DNA of 49,713 nucleotides, taken from a virus (lineage: Duplodnaviria; Heunggongvirae; Uroviricota; Caudoviricetes). The notes below the pieces were generated by a model. It saw nothing but the letters and a program-made list of their open reading frames with translations, searched no databases and was not told the origin of the DNA. Numbering within the stretch: the first letter of the stretch is position 1; every line of letters starts with the position of its first letter. Both the position numbers and the translations under genes were made by a program. The stretch is taken from the IMG/VR virus record IMGVR_UViG_2529292882_000007; one strand, 5' to 3'. Positions 9,048-18,853 of this stretch are shown piece after piece.

Positions 9048-10904
9048 CTATATGGTTACGCCTTTACTTATAACTCTACGGCGTCTTCTACGTATACCTG
9101 ACGAGTTCTGCACATACACATTACCTCGCATTTCCTGTTCGGCAAGCCAGTTAAAATTAGGGTTCAGAATTTCCATCGCGGCAGTTGCATAGTTACGGCA
9201 ATCAAGAGGCTCGTTACGCTCGTAGACTTTCACCCACTTTTCTTTTGTCTGCCCATTTTTATATTCAAATATTTTCTTCTCTGATAATAATCCTTTAAAG
9301 TATTCGGTATCATATCCTCTGTCAGAATCTAATGGGAAATGCATATAACCAGGACCAGGATCATGTAGTTTAATTCTTGCCATGATGGTCCCTTTACCAT
9401 CATCAACCCCCAAATTAAACAACATAGCACCCACACGGTTATTATTACTTGGCTTTCCTATAAATGGTAAACCTACCCCACCACGCCCCCTGATAGAGTA
9501 TATTCGCCTTGATTCTCTCGGCTTAGTAAAGCGATATACCTCTGTCGTAAAATGCCCACCAGAGTCAATACAAACGGAAGAAATCTGTAATTTTCGACCG
9601 TCACGGAATGACCAGCTACGGAGTAAGTATTCATCAAGTTGTTTCCAGACAACATCTTGTGCGGGATCACCTGGGAATATTTTATATTCTATCCCCCATG
9701 ACTCCTTACCTTTTCCCCAACCGACCAATTCACAAACTAAATACGTGTCCTGTACGTCAACACCAGCACTTAACAATAAAACATCATCTGGTAAAAACTC
9801 TTCAAACCTTATTCTGCGTTGCAACAAGTATTCAGGATCGATATCGTCTTTAGCATCCTCTTTCCATGGCTCACCCAGCTTAAGGTTAATAAACTCCATT
9901 AATCCATTTTTATCGCGGTTTCTGGTTGCTTCCGTAAATTCTTCAACCAGCTCTGACAATGCAACCCACGGGGAGTAAAGACTGTTAATATGAAAACCAA
10001 CAATACCTTTAACTCCAGTATGTTCAGCTATCCATACCCCCTTCGCCAACCAATCAACGTCTGGTTTACCAGATCCGCGCATAATCCCGCCGCACTCACA
10101 GCACTCATATCTGGCCGTTTCCGGTAACGCCTCACCTGAATCGCTCTTATCCCATCTGACTTGCGACCATTTCATCACCTGCATGGTGCCACAACATGGG
10201 CAAGGAACATGGTAGTAACGCTGATCGGAGAGCTTAAACCACTTGTGGATTTTGCTCGTTTCCTCCAAAACAGGAGTAGAAACAAAAACTTTCTTACGAT
10301 TATGAAAGTTGGTAGTACGCTGAATACCTAGTTTTAGTGGGTCGCCCTCCTGCGTCACACCGTAACGATCAATCTCATCAGCTAACAGTATTCGAATTGG
10401 CCTGGATGCAAGACCTGCTGGGGAATTAGCACCAACAAGTGCTATATATCCACCAGCGTAATGCTTCATACGTATAGTCGTGCTGGACTTTTTGGCTGCA
10501 CCGCGCCCCTCTTTCCCTTCATGCAGCTTGTGTTTCAAACCAGGGGAATATTTGAACGTCGGATCAATACGCTCTTTTGAAAAAGCCTCAGCCGCCTCTA
10601 CCGTTGGATAAATCATCAACTGAGGAGATGGCTCCTGATCTGCAAAGTAACCCATAACATTTAGCTGTAATTCGGATTTACCAATTTGCGAGCTACATTG
10701 CATCACTACTGTTTCTGTATCAGCGTCACCAATAACATCCATTGGTTCACGCAAATATGGCACTCGGCTTGTACGCCACGGCCCTGGCTCTGGAGACGTT
10801 CCCGGCGCTACATGACGATACTTATCAGCCCATTCGGAAACAGTTAGCCGTGATTTAGGGCGAAGCGCACGGAAAAAAGCGGTGCTCCATACTGTTTCGC
10901 CCAT
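9048..10904 (-). CDS. Terminase large subunit (lambda gpA-like)
   Basis: 618 aa; segments VSEWADKYRH and HVPCPCCG resemble lambda A; follows small terminase. Confidence 0.85.
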   Translation of the reverse strand: MGETVWSTAFFRALRPKSRLTVSEWADKYRHVAPGTSPEPGPWRTSRVPYLREPMDVIGDADTETVVMQCSSQIGKSELQLNVMGYFADQEPSPQLMIYPTVEAAEAFSKERIDPTFKYSPGLKHKLHEGKEGRGAAKKSSTTIRMKHYAGGYIALVGANSPAGLASRPIRILLADEIDRYGVTQEGDPLKLGIQRTTNFHNRKKVFVSTPVLEETSKIHKWFKLSDQRYYHVPCPCCGTMQVMKWSQVRWDKSDSGEALPETARYECCECGGIMRGSGKPDVDWLAKGVWIAEHTGVKGIVGFHINSLYSPWVALSELVEEFTEATRNRDKNGLMEFINLKLGEPWKEDAKDDIDPEYLLQRRIRFEEFLPDDVLLLSAGVDVQDTYLVCELVGWGKGKESWGIEYKIFPGDPAQDVVWKQLDEYLLRSWSFRDGRKLQISSVCIDSGGHFTTEVYRFTKPRESRRIYSIRGRGGVGLPFIGKPSNNNRVGAMLFNLGVDDGKGTIMARIKLHDPGPGYMHFPLDSDRGYDTEYFKGLLSEKKIFEYKNGQTKEKWVKVYERNEPLDCRNYATAAMEILNPNFNWLAEQEMRGNVYVQNSSGIRRRRRRVISKGVTI

Positions 10905-10909
10905 GAGGT

Positions 10910-11470
10910 TTATTCTTCCTGCTTAATAAATCGGGATTCCTGGAGCGCCTGAAGCGCAAAATTAATCTCGTCTTCAATAATGCGTTCGATCTCCCTGGCT
11001 GTTTTGCCTTCACAACGGGGAGCTGCTCTTGGAGCAATACTAAATAAGCGGCTACGCAATTCATTAGCTGCCAGAAATGCATCATCCCTGACCGCATCTT
11101 TAGCGATGAGAGAGCCTTCCTTTTCTTCAAATTCAAGGCGTTTCAGCTTTGCCTGATAAATTTTTTCTGCGGTCTTAGCCTTGTTGAATTGCACCGCAAC
11201 ACCGGAAGTACCACCAGCTAATCCGGCATCATCAGCGGGTAACTCTGGTTGTTCCGAAGATATCCCATGCCCTCTTTTTCCATTTTCAGCAGATACCTCA
11301 CGACCAACCTGTCGGCTCGCTTCATAAGCCGCACTAGCTTTATCAAAATCCAGCTTGCCGCTTTTCAGCACTGGAATGCGACCGGAACGACAGAGCTTCG
11401 TAACCATTGCCGGAGAAATACCTTTTCGGCGGGCAAACTCTGACTTACTGACGATGGCCATTACTTGCAA
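10910..11470 (-). CDS. Terminase small subunit (HTH DNA-binding)
   Basis: 186 aa with N-terminal HTH-like SKSEFARRKGISPAMVTKL; immediately upstream of large terminase. Confidence 0.6.
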   Translation of the reverse strand: MQVMAIVSKSEFARRKGISPAMVTKLCRSGRIPVLKSGKLDFDKASAAYEASRQVGREVSAENGKRGHGISSEQPELPADDAGLAGGTSGVAVQFNKAKTAEKIYQAKLKRLEFEEKEGSLIAKDAVRDDAFLAANELRSRLFSIAPRAAPRCEGKTAREIERIIEDEINFALQALQESRFIKQEE

Positions 11471-12051
11471 CCATTAGCAAGATACTGAACAAATCCCTCA
11501 TGCGTTTCATGCGCGTCGTGGTACTGACGATAAACATCCAGTAACAATGCAATTTCCATATCCGTCGCGGGAATACGTTCTTTATCAATAGCCAGGTACT
11601 TAATTTGAACAACAGGGGAAGAATTATCGTCTTCTTCCTGCGGCTGTTCATCGCTTAACATTTCGTCAAGCTCTGCATCATTAAACCCAAGCAGATCAAT
11701 ATCAAAATCATCATCCATTAACGCTTTGACTTCTTCGGCAAGAAGCTGCATATCCCAGCCAGCATTTAAGGCCAGCTTGTTATCTGCAATCCTGTAAGCC
11801 TTCTTCTGTTTTTCAGAAAGGTTACTCAACCGAATCGCTGGAACTTTATCCATTTCCAGAATTTCGGCTGCTGCAAGCCGCCCATGCCCCGCAATCAGTT
11901 CATTCTTTTCATCGATCAGCACAGGATTAGTGAAACCGAACTCACGGATACTGTTCACCAACTGTTCAACTTGCTCATCTGAATGAGTCCGTGAATTTTT
12001 GGCGTATCTGAGCAGCTTACCGACTGGTAAATATTCGATTTTTAGAGCCAT
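11461..12051 (-). CDS. ParB-like N-terminal domain protein (paralog 1)
   Basis: ParB-box-like AGHGRLAAA motif; 10-nt overlap with small terminase start. Confidence 0.65.
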   Translation of the reverse strand: MALKIEYLPVGKLLRYAKNSRTHSDEQVEQLVNSIREFGFTNPVLIDEKNELIAGHGRLAAAEILEMDKVPAIRLSNLSEKQKKAYRIADNKLALNAGWDMQLLAEEVKALMDDDFDIDLLGFNDAELDEMLSDEQPQEEDDNSSPVVQIKYLAIDKERIPATDMEIALLLDVYRQYHDAHETHEGFVQYLANGCK

Positions 12052-12417
12052 TTTTTAACCGCCATAACACAACAGGTTAAAGAAAACTGTTTAACTTATT
12101 GATACTAAAAGAGAAAAATGACGATCTTTTTACTCATAAAAAATCACACAAACCAGCATAATCATCTGATTTTATTAAGTTTTTATAAGTAAAAAGGATC
12201 TTGAGATGGTGTTTTGGTTAAAAGATTGGATGTATTTGCATGATTTATAACGATTTTTATTAGAACAACATCACATTGGTTAAAGATCTGCGCGTATCTT
12301 GATGATCTAAAAGAAAATTTTCTACTTTCTTTTTACCAGCACAAATACAGCAAAAAATCACGTTTTCCCGATATTTTTCAATGAGATGAGTAAATTTCTT
12401 TTACCGCAACTTTTAAC
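12052..12417. promoter_or_regulatory. AT-rich non-coding region with four GATCT sites, upstream of the packaging operon
   Basis: No convincing ORF; GATC at about 12123, 12197, 12285, 12304. Confidence 0.3.
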
Positions 12418-12608
12418 CTAACTTTTTTCACGTTTAGCTAGCCGAACATCGGGGTTCGAATGACCCGCATCCAACGCTTTTGGCCAGAAGGACCCAATTC
12501 TGCCGGACGATGAAACGATGCTCGTGCTCCCCCACAGACAGCCAGCGAGCGACGCTACAGAACACAGTGAATACACTCTGCATAACAACACCATCAACCA
12601 CACGATGA

Positions 12609-13328
12609 TTAACGAGAGAAGGTCTTAGAAAGAATGTCATCAATAGCCTTTGTGACTTCATCAGCAAACGCATCCTCACCAGCACGCAGCGCCACGCCAT
12701 GCCAATCAAGACGCTGCGAATAGTTAGGTTGCTGGATAAACGTAAGGATCAACGTAGGACGCCGCCCAACGCGCTGCCAGACGCCTGGTTGAAGCGGGTT
12801 ACTTGTACCAGGTCGAACAACAAAAAACTCCGTAGGCTTGCCCTGACGGCGATTTTGATGCGCATCTCGCTGAACTCTTAGGCCAGATAAGACCTGCTGT
12901 AATTGCCCCCGCGAAATATTCCCATATTTGTCCAGCTTTGCGCCGGGACCAGGAGCAAGCTGCCAGCCGTTAGGCAAATATCCACCAGCCCTTAGCGCCC
13001 CTTCTGAACGTTTGTACTGTCGTTGGCCACCTTCGATTTGCGGAGTCAACGTTACAGGGGCTGGCGTTCCGCCCCATTCACGAGCATACACAATGGCTGT
13101 AGGATCACTCTTCTTTGCGGCCAAAACGTAAGTAGAGTTCTGAATCCACGGCGTGGGCCTGTCAAATACCCGATTAATTTCATTCTTAATCGCAGCCTGA
13201 GAAGCCTTTGCCGTTCTGGTTGCCGCAAGCGCCATTGCGAACGGCAATTCGCGTTCTTCAAGGCGCTGGAGTTGTCGTTGAATATCCTGAGAAGAAAAAT
13301 CCATCTTTATCTCAATTCTGTCAGCCAC
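12609..13328 (-). CDS. Hypothetical protein
   Basis: 239-aa ORF downstream of the ParB-methyltransferase fusion gene. Confidence 0.4.
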   Translation of the reverse strand: MADRIEIKMDFSSQDIQRQLQRLEERELPFAMALAATRTAKASQAAIKNEINRVFDRPTPWIQNSTYVLAAKKSDPTAIVYAREWGGTPAPVTLTPQIEGGQRQYKRSEGALRAGGYLPNGWQLAPGPGAKLDKYGNISRGQLQQVLSGLRVQRDAHQNRRQGKPTEFFVVRPGTSNPLQPGVWQRVGRRPTLILTFIQQPNYSQRLDWHGVALRAGEDAFADEVTKAIDDILSKTFSR

Positions 13329-13344
13329 CAGCGCCTCCTACACA

Positions 13345-14724
13345 CTACTTAATCAACGGCCGGAAAGCCGCCAGCACATCATCAGATCGTCCGATTGTTG
13401 AACCACCAGGCAACGGCAACTCAAACTCAAAACGAACAGCTTTCTCCAGACTCTCCCAGCGAAGAGAATCATCGTTAATAACGTGCAAATACCAGCTCTT
13501 ACCGTTAAATACCGACCGCTTTATTCTGAAGCTATGCTCACGGCACAATTGCTTCACTTCCTCATCAGAATGAAACTTCTGATAAAACCAGTGTCCCTTC
13601 CGGTACAAAGCAGAAAAACCATTATGGTCAATAAAATAAAGCCGACTTATAGAGCTAGCAGCTTGCGTTCGTTTAAGCACACTCTCCAGCTCTCCACGGC
13701 TACGGCCAGAAAAGAATATTGACCCACCAGCTTTACACAGGCCTTTCAGAACCGTCAGAACGGACCATTCAGCCTCGACACTATCGACCGAGTTCAAAAC
13801 GCTATCGCAAATCACGTAGTCGTAACGCCCTCGCGTTTTTAAGTCGTCCACCAGCGTATCAATCATCCGGTTTGTTGCGGTCCTATCCAGAGTGTTTCCA
13901 GCGCCCTTACGGCGGAAAAGCTCGAGATCATGCAGGTTATATCCCTTTGCCCTGAGCATTCGCGCGTAGTCTCCCTGCCCCGAACCAAAATCAATTCCTC
14001 TTGGCGTCTTGGCAATGATCGGGAGGATCAACGACTCATACAGGTTTGATTTCAGGCTGCCACCATTACGCAACCGCATAAGCTGCGCATACGTCTGGAT
14101 GTATGTTGTTTTCTCCAGATGAGAATACTCAAATACACCATAAGTTTTATTCAGATAACTTTGGTATTTTTCCTTCTCAACATCAGGGATCACAAACACC
14201 GTTAGCGGTGTGCGCGTCATTTTCGCTGCTAATGCATACTGAGCACAGTGAATAACCTCACCAGACTGAGTAGCAACACAACCACCCCACGGACCATACT
14301 TGATAACCAGTTCCGCTATGTTCTTTCGAACATATGCCATTTTCGCGCGCATATTGCCTGAGATCTGGCTTGCCGATACCTGAACAAAACCATGCTTATC
14401 TTCTAGACCTGACACTCTGCAACGCTCATCTCCGCTGTCAAAATCCGTTCCGTTATGCAGTTGGTTAAACCGTACTTCGTCGTATACCGTCGTTTCACAG
14501 GGCAACACATACACCGCAGCACGCGTTATTCCCAACTTACGTAGCGCCTTCGTCCTTTGGTGTCCCGCCACCAGCAAATCGCCGCGCACTATCAATGGCT
14601 TCACAAGCCCCAGCTCCCTGACGCTTTCCGCCAGCCTCGCAAGATCATCCTCACCGATAAAACGCGGGTTATATTCCGCGCCGCGTAGGTGCGTTATGTC
14701 GTAATTGAGGTGAAGCATCAGCAC
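13345..14724 (-). CDS. ParB-like N-terminal domain fused to class I SAM-dependent methyltransferase-like domain
   Basis: N-terminal AGHQRTKAL ParB-box-like motif; C-terminal Rossmann motif I IDFGSGQGDYA and DYVICDSVLNSV; no DPPY/NPPY seen. Confidence 0.5.
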   Translation of the reverse strand: MLMLHLNYDITHLRGAEYNPRFIGEDDLARLAESVRELGLVKPLIVRGDLLVAGHQRTKALRKLGITRAAVYVLPCETTVYDEVRFNQLHNGTDFDSGDERCRVSGLEDKHGFVQVSASQISGNMRAKMAYVRKNIAELVIKYGPWGGCVATQSGEVIHCAQYALAAKMTRTPLTVFVIPDVEKEKYQSYLNKTYGVFEYSHLEKTTYIQTYAQLMRLRNGGSLKSNLYESLILPIIAKTPRGIDFGSGQGDYARMLRAKGYNLHDLELFRRKGAGNTLDRTATNRMIDTLVDDLKTRGRYDYVICDSVLNSVDSVEAEWSVLTVLKGLCKAGGSIFFSGRSRGELESVLKRTQAASSISRLYFIDHNGFSALYRKGHWFYQKFHSDEEVKQLCREHSFRIKRSVFNGKSWYLHVINDDSLRWESLEKAVRFEFELPLPGGSTIGRSDDVLAAFRPLIK

Positions 14725-15341
14725 ACCTCCCCAGCCAGCAATGCGGATACAAATCCGATATAGCTGCCATTATCATCAACATAACGAGACACCGCGCAGT
14801 CAAAACGATCCGCTTCCTCATCCGTTGCCGGGATTTTATGACCTCCAAATGACAGGTACTGAACTTTTACGCCTGATTTGGCCTCATCCTTCTCAAATGG
14901 GATATCCATACCCTCTGTGTCATCGTAGACTGCCGCACTCAATAAGTTATCCAGTTCGCGCTGAGTAAAACCAATTGAGTCCAGAGCAAAATCATTGGCC
15001 GCAAGATCTGCAAGCTCCGCGCTTAACAACTCTTCATCCCAACCAGCATTCAGCGGAATACGGTTGTCGGCCAGACGATATGCCTTCTTCTGATTCTCCG
15101 TTAGCCCTTCCAGAACAATGCAGGGAACATCATCCATCCCCAACTGAGTGGCCGCAGCAATTCGACCATGACCAGCAATTACAACGTTGTTCTCGTCTAT
15201 CAGGATCGGATTAGTCCATCCGTACTCCTGTATGCTGGCAACAATCTGATCTACCTGCTCCACGGAGTGTGTGCGAGCGTTCTTTTCATAACCAATCAAC
15301 ACAGAAAGTGGTAAAGAAACCACATTAAGATGTTTTGTCAT
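14718..15341 (-). CDS. ParB-like N-terminal domain protein (paralog 2)
   Basis: AGHGRIAAA motif; shares C-terminal KIPATDEE motif with paralog 1. Confidence 0.65.
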   Translation of the reverse strand: MTKHLNVVSLPLSVLIGYEKNARTHSVEQVDQIVASIQEYGWTNPILIDENNVVIAGHGRIAAATQLGMDDVPCIVLEGLTENQKKAYRLADNRIPLNAGWDEELLSAELADLAANDFALDSIGFTQRELDNLLSAAVYDDTEGMDIPFEKDEAKSGVKVQYLSFGGHKIPATDEEADRFDCAVSRYVDDNGSYIGFVSALLAGEVC

Positions 15342-15575
15342 GCCGTTTATCCGCTAAAATCCCCTCGCTTGTGCAAGCAAGTGGGCCTCGGTTTGTATCC
15401 ACGGCACCCTGTGGGTATGAATGACTGTCGTCAGGTCGCAACTGACGGCGGTCGCCCACCTTCCAGTAATAAAAAAGCCACCAGCATTAACTCCACAGCG
15501 AGCTGGAGTTAATGAGGCAGCTTTGGTTTGCGCATTATCGCAGCCCCTGATAGGCACAAGAGCTGCTGTAATGCG

Positions 15576-16055
15576 TTACGCAGGGATCAAACAGAGGCAG
15601 CCGTTATTTACCTCAATACGGGAATATTCCGGCTTACCATCCACGATTCCGGTAATGACAAGTTCGCCATCAGGCGACCATTCTTCTTTGTCGTCTTCAA
15701 GTACCGCGCCTTCTGGCAAATCAATACAGGCAAAAACAGGGCAGCCAGGATGACGTTTATCCTCCATCGCAATCAGCATCGACTCACCGAACCACTCTGT
15801 AGTAGCACGGCCATCAGCCGCCTGATAGTGAATCAGATACTGGTTTTCGCCATTTGCATACTGAGCACGGGCTTGAACTTCTCCCCATTCGTCACTGATA
15901 CGCATTGTTACCAGTTGGGATAATTCAAACTTAAACGGAACAGACTCTGCACCAATGGCAATCGGTTTATCTTCTTTCTTTTCCATAACATCACCTGAAA
16001 ATAAAAAGCCCCGCGACACCGCGAGGCTGTAAGAGTTACTTTCGATAGAAATCAA
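15576..16055 (-). CDS. Hypothetical protein (likely starts at internal Met, MEKKEDKP)
   Basis: ORF track. Confidence 0.35.
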   Translation of the reverse strand: MISIESNSYSLAVSRGFLFSGDVMEKKEDKPIAIGAESVPFKFELSQLVTMRISDEWGEVQARAQYANGENQYLIHYQAADGRATTEWFGESMLIAMEDKRHPGCPVFACIDLPEGAVLEDDKEEWSPDGELVITGIVDGKPEYSRIEVNNGCLCLIPA

Positions 16056-16188
16056 GGCGCAATTGCTCCCGCTTACGCCGAAAAGCTCTCTGCGCCACTA
16101 AGATGCGCCACAGGACACCAGCGATAACCACCAGCGAGATACAAAAACACACGGCCACAACCATCAGAAAAATGCCAACACCATTCAT
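16036..16188 (-). CDS. Possible small membrane peptide (50 aa)
   Basis: Hand translation MNGVGIFLMVVAVCFCISLVVIAGVLW...; below ORF-track size cutoff. Confidence 0.25.
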   Translation of the reverse strand: MNGVGIFLMVVAVCFCISLVVIAGVLWRILVAQRAFRRKREQLRLDFYRK

Positions 16189-16391
16189 GAAACTATCCAT
16201 TCTTCAATGAATATCTCCAGTAATGTCAAGAGATACGCCGTCCCCAGCGCGGTTCCTACCGATATAGCTAAGACAAACCTCAAAGATAACGAGGTGTCTT
16301 TCGCTTTTCTCCAGACGTAAGCGCCAGCCAGAAATACCAACAAATCTCTTATTGGAAGCGGAAACCAGAACAAATCACTCGGCAAGTCCAC
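16185..16391 (-). CDS. Small membrane protein
   Basis: 68 aa with two hydrophobic segments. Confidence 0.35.
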   Translation of the reverse strand: MDLPSDLFWFPLPIRDLLVFLAGAYVWRKAKDTSLSLRFVLAISVGTALGTAYLLTLLEIFIEEWIVS

Positions 16392-16393
16392 GG

Positions 16394-16849
16394 TTATATC
16401 CTTCCATTCATTTTTATCGGGTGACCAGATAGCCTTAGGCAGTTGAGCTGTAAAGCTCCTGTATCAACTAAATGATCAACTAACATGATTAGAGATTCAT
16501 ATTCAGCCAGATAGCTAACCTGACGCATTCGACCGCCGTTGTTCTCCAGAATGTCGGCCACCTTTGCAGCCAACTCGCTTAGACAGAAGAACTTATTCCC
16601 ATATATCGTTTTATACTCGCGCTTCTGGCATTCTTCGGCTTGCGGCTGGTTATCGAGAGCTATCAGCGACCGATGGCTATCAAGGAAGTCCACAATCTCA
16701 TTCAGGCACTCTTTGGCTGCCTCATCGTGACTTTTTCCGTATGCTTCATGGAGGACTTTCATCCTCATCATTGCTCCGTCACATATAGTCGAAAGCGCGT
16801 AAAGCACATCACTAACCGCCATTTCTTTTTTGGTGCTTGTCGAAGGCAT
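16394..16849 (-). CDS. Hypothetical protein
   Basis: 151-aa ORF in co-directional operon. Confidence 0.4.
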   Translation of the reverse strand: MPSTSTKKEMAVSDVLYALSTICDGAMMRMKVLHEAYGKSHDEAAKECLNEIVDFLDSHRSLIALDNQPQAEECQKREYKTIYGNKFFCLSELAAKVADILENNGGRMRQVSYLAEYESLIMLVDHLVDTGALQLNCLRLSGHPIKMNGRI

Positions 16850-16923
16850 CCCATGTTCTCCTTTGTCTGGATGTAAAAAAGCCCCGGCAATTGCCGAGGC
16901 TCGTTGTTCGTTATCGTTACGGT

Positions 16924-17124
16924 TTAATGCTCGCGTCGTCCGGCGACAACTTCGGATTTGTATTTCAGGTCGCCCAGCAAGAATTGCAGTTTAAGCATCT
17001 TTGCCGCCGTGTAGTTTCCTGATTCCACAACCTCTTTCATGAGGTCATAAACGGCCGCTACATCATCAGCCAGGAACTCTTTGCGTTGCTGCTCAGTCGC
17101 ACGTTTGAAGGAAATACGCATCAC
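16924..17124 (-). CDS. Hypothetical small protein
   Basis: 66-aa ORF, 4-nt overlap with upstream gene. Confidence 0.35.
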   Translation of the reverse strand: MMRISFKRATEQQRKEFLADDVAAVYDLMKEVVESGNYTAAKMLKLQFLLGDLKYKSEVVAGRREH

Positions 17125-17390
17125 TCATCATCTCCTGCCGCACATACAACCTCACAAAAAACATCAGCGGAATGTTTCTCCTTGAACGAATGACGCTCAA
17201 AACCGCACTCAATATCAGGCGCAAAAACATCCACCACATACGGTCTTTCAGAATGTTTGTTTTCCCAACGATAAGCCGTAGTGACGTTGAAATGTTTTAA
17301 CGCTTCACGGAACTCAACGCTGCCCGTCAGGTTTTTTGAGGTCAGGTATTGCAGGAGGTTTTTTACTACTTCACGGTCTTGTACTTTCAT
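17121..17390 (-). CDS. Hypothetical protein, first gene after repeated promoter/leader cassette copy 1
   Basis: ATG at 17390 preceded by GGAGATAACCCG leader shared with copy 3. Confidence 0.5.
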   Translation of the reverse strand: MKVQDREVVKNLLQYLTSKNLTGSVEFREALKHFNVTTAYRWENKHSERPYVVDVFAPDIECGFERHSFKEKHSADVFCEVVCAAGDDE

Positions 17391-17508
17391 CGGGTTATCT
17401 CCGGTTTAACCAGGGCGGGTATCGCTCGGTTTCGGGTATAACCTTAGGAAATTTTTTCCCACCCGTAAAGCACTTTTTATATAAATCTATAATTATATAA
17501 TTCTATGA
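17387..17508 (-). promoter_or_regulatory. Repeated promoter/5' leader cassette, copy 1
   Basis: About 96 percent identical to 35121..35242; contains TATATAATTATATA-type AT palindrome and identical RBS. Confidence 0.6.
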
Positions 17509-18090
17509 CACTTGCCAGAGAGCATCATGCAACTGGATACCTCCGTTGCACTGGTTGCCCCAGCCATGCCAGCCATCAGGTAAATCACCGCGAGCAAACA
17601 GCTCAATACGAGGAACATCGCCTAACAGCTTTACCAGCTTGTCACGGACCACATCAGGCTTCCGAGAATGCTCCAGACGAGGCGATGTAAACGACTGAAT
17701 GATCCCCGCATCAAGACGTGTCGGTAGTTTGCCTTTCACTGCAAACAAGCAATCTTCACTGTTTGCACGAGTCATATGCCCCATCCCCATCACCAGCTTA
17801 TCTGGTTGTCGGCTACCACATTTGTTCCATGTGAAGCCCTTCATGGTCATCAGCCTGAATCCCCATGCTTTCACCACCAGCAACGCTTCTTCTGGCTGAG
17901 TCGGAACCCACCACATGGCCAACAAACACGATTCAGGATTAGCAAGCTGCCATACAGGAATACGAGCAATATCCTCAGCTTTCATCGTTGGATACTTAAA
18001 ACCAGCGCCACGATTCCCATCCTTACACTTGTCTTTGTATTCCCAGGGGGGATCTGCATAAATCAGATTAAACAATGCAATTGCCTCCAT
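17503..18090 (-). CDS. MT-A70 family N6-adenine DNA methyltransferase
   Basis: Catalytic motif IYADPPWEY. Confidence 0.75.
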   Translation of the reverse strand: MEAIALFNLIYADPPWEYKDKCKDGNRGAGFKYPTMKAEDIARIPVWQLANPESCLLAMWWVPTQPEEALLVVKAWGFRLMTMKGFTWNKCGSRQPDKLVMGMGHMTRANSEDCLFAVKGKLPTRLDAGIIQSFTSPRLEHSRKPDVVRDKLVKLLGDVPRIELFARGDLPDGWHGWGNQCNGGIQLHDALWQVS

Positions 18091-18398
18091 GTTAGTTGTG
18101 TCTCCGGCGCTTATCTCCGGCAGTCATAACGCTGGCCAGCTCTACAGCAAACACAACGAAAAGGGCACTAACCAGACTGATTAATGCCCTTGCCTGTTGT
18201 GTGCCGGATATCGCCCGACAACGCTGTTTTGGTAACACGGCTACAGTTCCGTGCCGCTCCAGCTTTTACCCCTTTGCGGATAACAGGCCCTGCCTGTAAC
18301 TTAGCCCCACGTTCGCCCGAAATGCGCACCAGGCACGCATAAAGATGAGCACGAAGGAAGTAACTCCACCGCGCTTATCTTTATGTGTGAGAGTGAAT

Positions 18399-18474
18399 TG
18401 GTGGCCCCTACCGGATTTGAACCGATGACCGTGCGATTATGAGTCGCCTGCTCTAACCACTGAGCTAAGGGGCC
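18399..18474 (-). tRNA. tRNA, anticodon CAU (ileX-like, Ile2/Met type), CCA encoded
   Basis: 76-nt sequence GGCCCCTTAGCTCAGTGGTTAGAGCAGGCGACTCATAATCGC...GGTTCAAATCC...ACCA on minus strand. Confidence 0.9.
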
Positions 18475-18643
18475 ATATTTGATCTGTTTGTCTGGTGTGG
18501 CGCCGCGCACGAAAATCCCAGCCAATAAATTCAGGATTTTTGGGCGCGGCGGCATATCAGACAAACATGGTTGATGCTTGCGCTCATGAGAAAAGCGCAT
18601 AGAATGTTGTAACTATATATTTATATAATTATAGAAATATATA

Positions 18644-18853
18644 TTACTTTGGGCAGTTGATTTCCCATGCCCTGTTATGAGCCAGAATATCTTTCTTTGT
18701 CTGGCGGTCCATAACATCGATGTCGTGATCAGTCAGGTAGATGGGCTTTACCCAATCACAGGCGGTATCAACCACCACCGGGACGCTTCCACGACTCCCG
18801 CAGCTCGCGATCAACATCGTCATCAGCCATATGGTTAACACTCTGCTGTACAT
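18644..18853 (-). CDS. o-spanin (Rz1-like lipoprotein), partly embedded in i-spanin gene
   Basis: Lipobox LIASC; overlaps 3' part of upstream ORF. Confidence 0.5.
   Translation of the reverse strand: MYSRVLTIWLMTMLIASCGSRGSVPVVVDTACDWVKPIYLTDHDIDVMDRQTKKDILAHNRAWEINCPK

Noticed and set aside
9382-9978. Plus-strand ORF of 198 aa
   Set aside because: Antisense to the well-supported large terminase gene; low-complexity Ser/Pro-rich translation.
12418-12709. Minus-strand ORFs and a GGTTCGAAT T-loop-like string suggesting a tRNA
   Set aside because: No acceptor or anticodon stem could be paired around the T-loop-like string; ORFs lack RBS and overlap the non-coding region.
18301-18600. Minus-strand ORF of 99 aa
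   Set aside because: Its reading frame runs straight through the tRNA gene; artefact of the tRNA sequence.
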